Assembly: GCF_000315625.1 (NCBI RefSeq)
Contig: NW_005434657.1
Span: 286,045 to 350,044 of the forward strand
DNA: 64,000 nt
From: Guillardia theta CCMP2712
Taxonomy: Eukaryota; Protista; Cryptophyta
Direction: 5' to 3'
The translations under genes and the position numbers were made by a program. Below the pieces are notes generated by a model. The model was not told the DNA's origin. It was given only the letters and a program-made list of their open reading frames with translations, and did no database searches. This document shows positions 63,436 through 64,000 of the stretch, in pieces (the stretch's first letter is position 1; each line of letters starts with the position of its first letter).

Positions 63436-64000
63436 ATCAACATCAAGTACTCACGCGATCAGATGCGTCTCACTCGGCAGCAGCCCCGTAATGACGACGC
63501 GGGAGGCATCGACACCCAGGGACTGCAAGATTGACTTGAGCGAGTCTGTTTGACATCTGTCAAGCTCTTCCTGCCCTCCTCCGACGGCACCTGACGGCCC
63601 CTCGTACGGCAACATCGACATCAGCCAAAGGATCGAGTTCGGAACCTCCCCCATGACCTTGGCCCACACCTGCAGCAGCGTGACATGTGGACAGTCGGCG
63701 GAAGGGGAGCTGAGAAACCCTGAGAGTTCGCATGTCGAGCTTCTTCCAGTTGTTGAAGTTTGCGATCACGACGTCTGTGCTGACCCCCCCGGATCGCTTG
63801 ACCCCCCGCTGCTCCGACTGAGCCCTGGCAACCTCCACAATCTCCCTCTTATGGGGAACCGAAAATTCTTCGTCCTAGAAGGGGGGGGGGGGGGGGAAGA
63901 GAGTCACAGGGGCCGGATGTCAAGGGGAGCAACCTGAAGACATTCAGGGTGCGTCTCTGAATAATCCTCGGTGACGTAGAAGCTGGGAAAGATTCAGCGT
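62400..64000 (-). CDS. GT41 O-GlcNAc transferase/SPINDLY-family catalytic C-terminus; 5' part lies beyond the window
   Basis: VVIANFNNWKKLD..WAKVMGEVPNSILWL, GVDASRVV, DVFLDSLAYNAHSTAVELIWANVPVLTCP..KMTARVASSLL. Confidence 0.9.

Overview
Intron-rich eukaryotic nuclear DNA with short GT-AG introns, microsatellite-filled introns and five N-gaps. Composition, intron style and a red-secondary-plastid targeting motif suggest a cryptophyte such as Guillardia theta; this is an inference. About 16 genes or gene remnants are arranged largely as head-to-head pairs. Recognisable products are aminopeptidase P, a Reeler-like surface protein, a large Sfi1-like protein, calmodulin, a MIB/HERC2-like protein, a SAC phosphoinositide phosphatase, IFRD1, a degenerate piggyBac-derived gene, a DUF4116 protein, a GRAB-domain golgin, a HECT E3 C-terminus, a decayed WD40-ankyrin-ADP-ribosyltransferase and a GT41 O-GlcNAc transferase. 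The most striking object is the gene at 8620-12530. It encodes a multi-pass membrane protein whose single 7-blade WD40 propeller is interrupted by two C2 domains (one apparently circularly permuted) and by a pore-less S1-S4 voltage-sensor domain placed just before the last blade. Also notable are a possibly split WD40-ANK-ART gene at 55.6-62 kb and GGGGT-rich blocks in most divergent intergenic regions. All domain calls come from motif recognition by eye, and exon boundaries are approximate unless stated.
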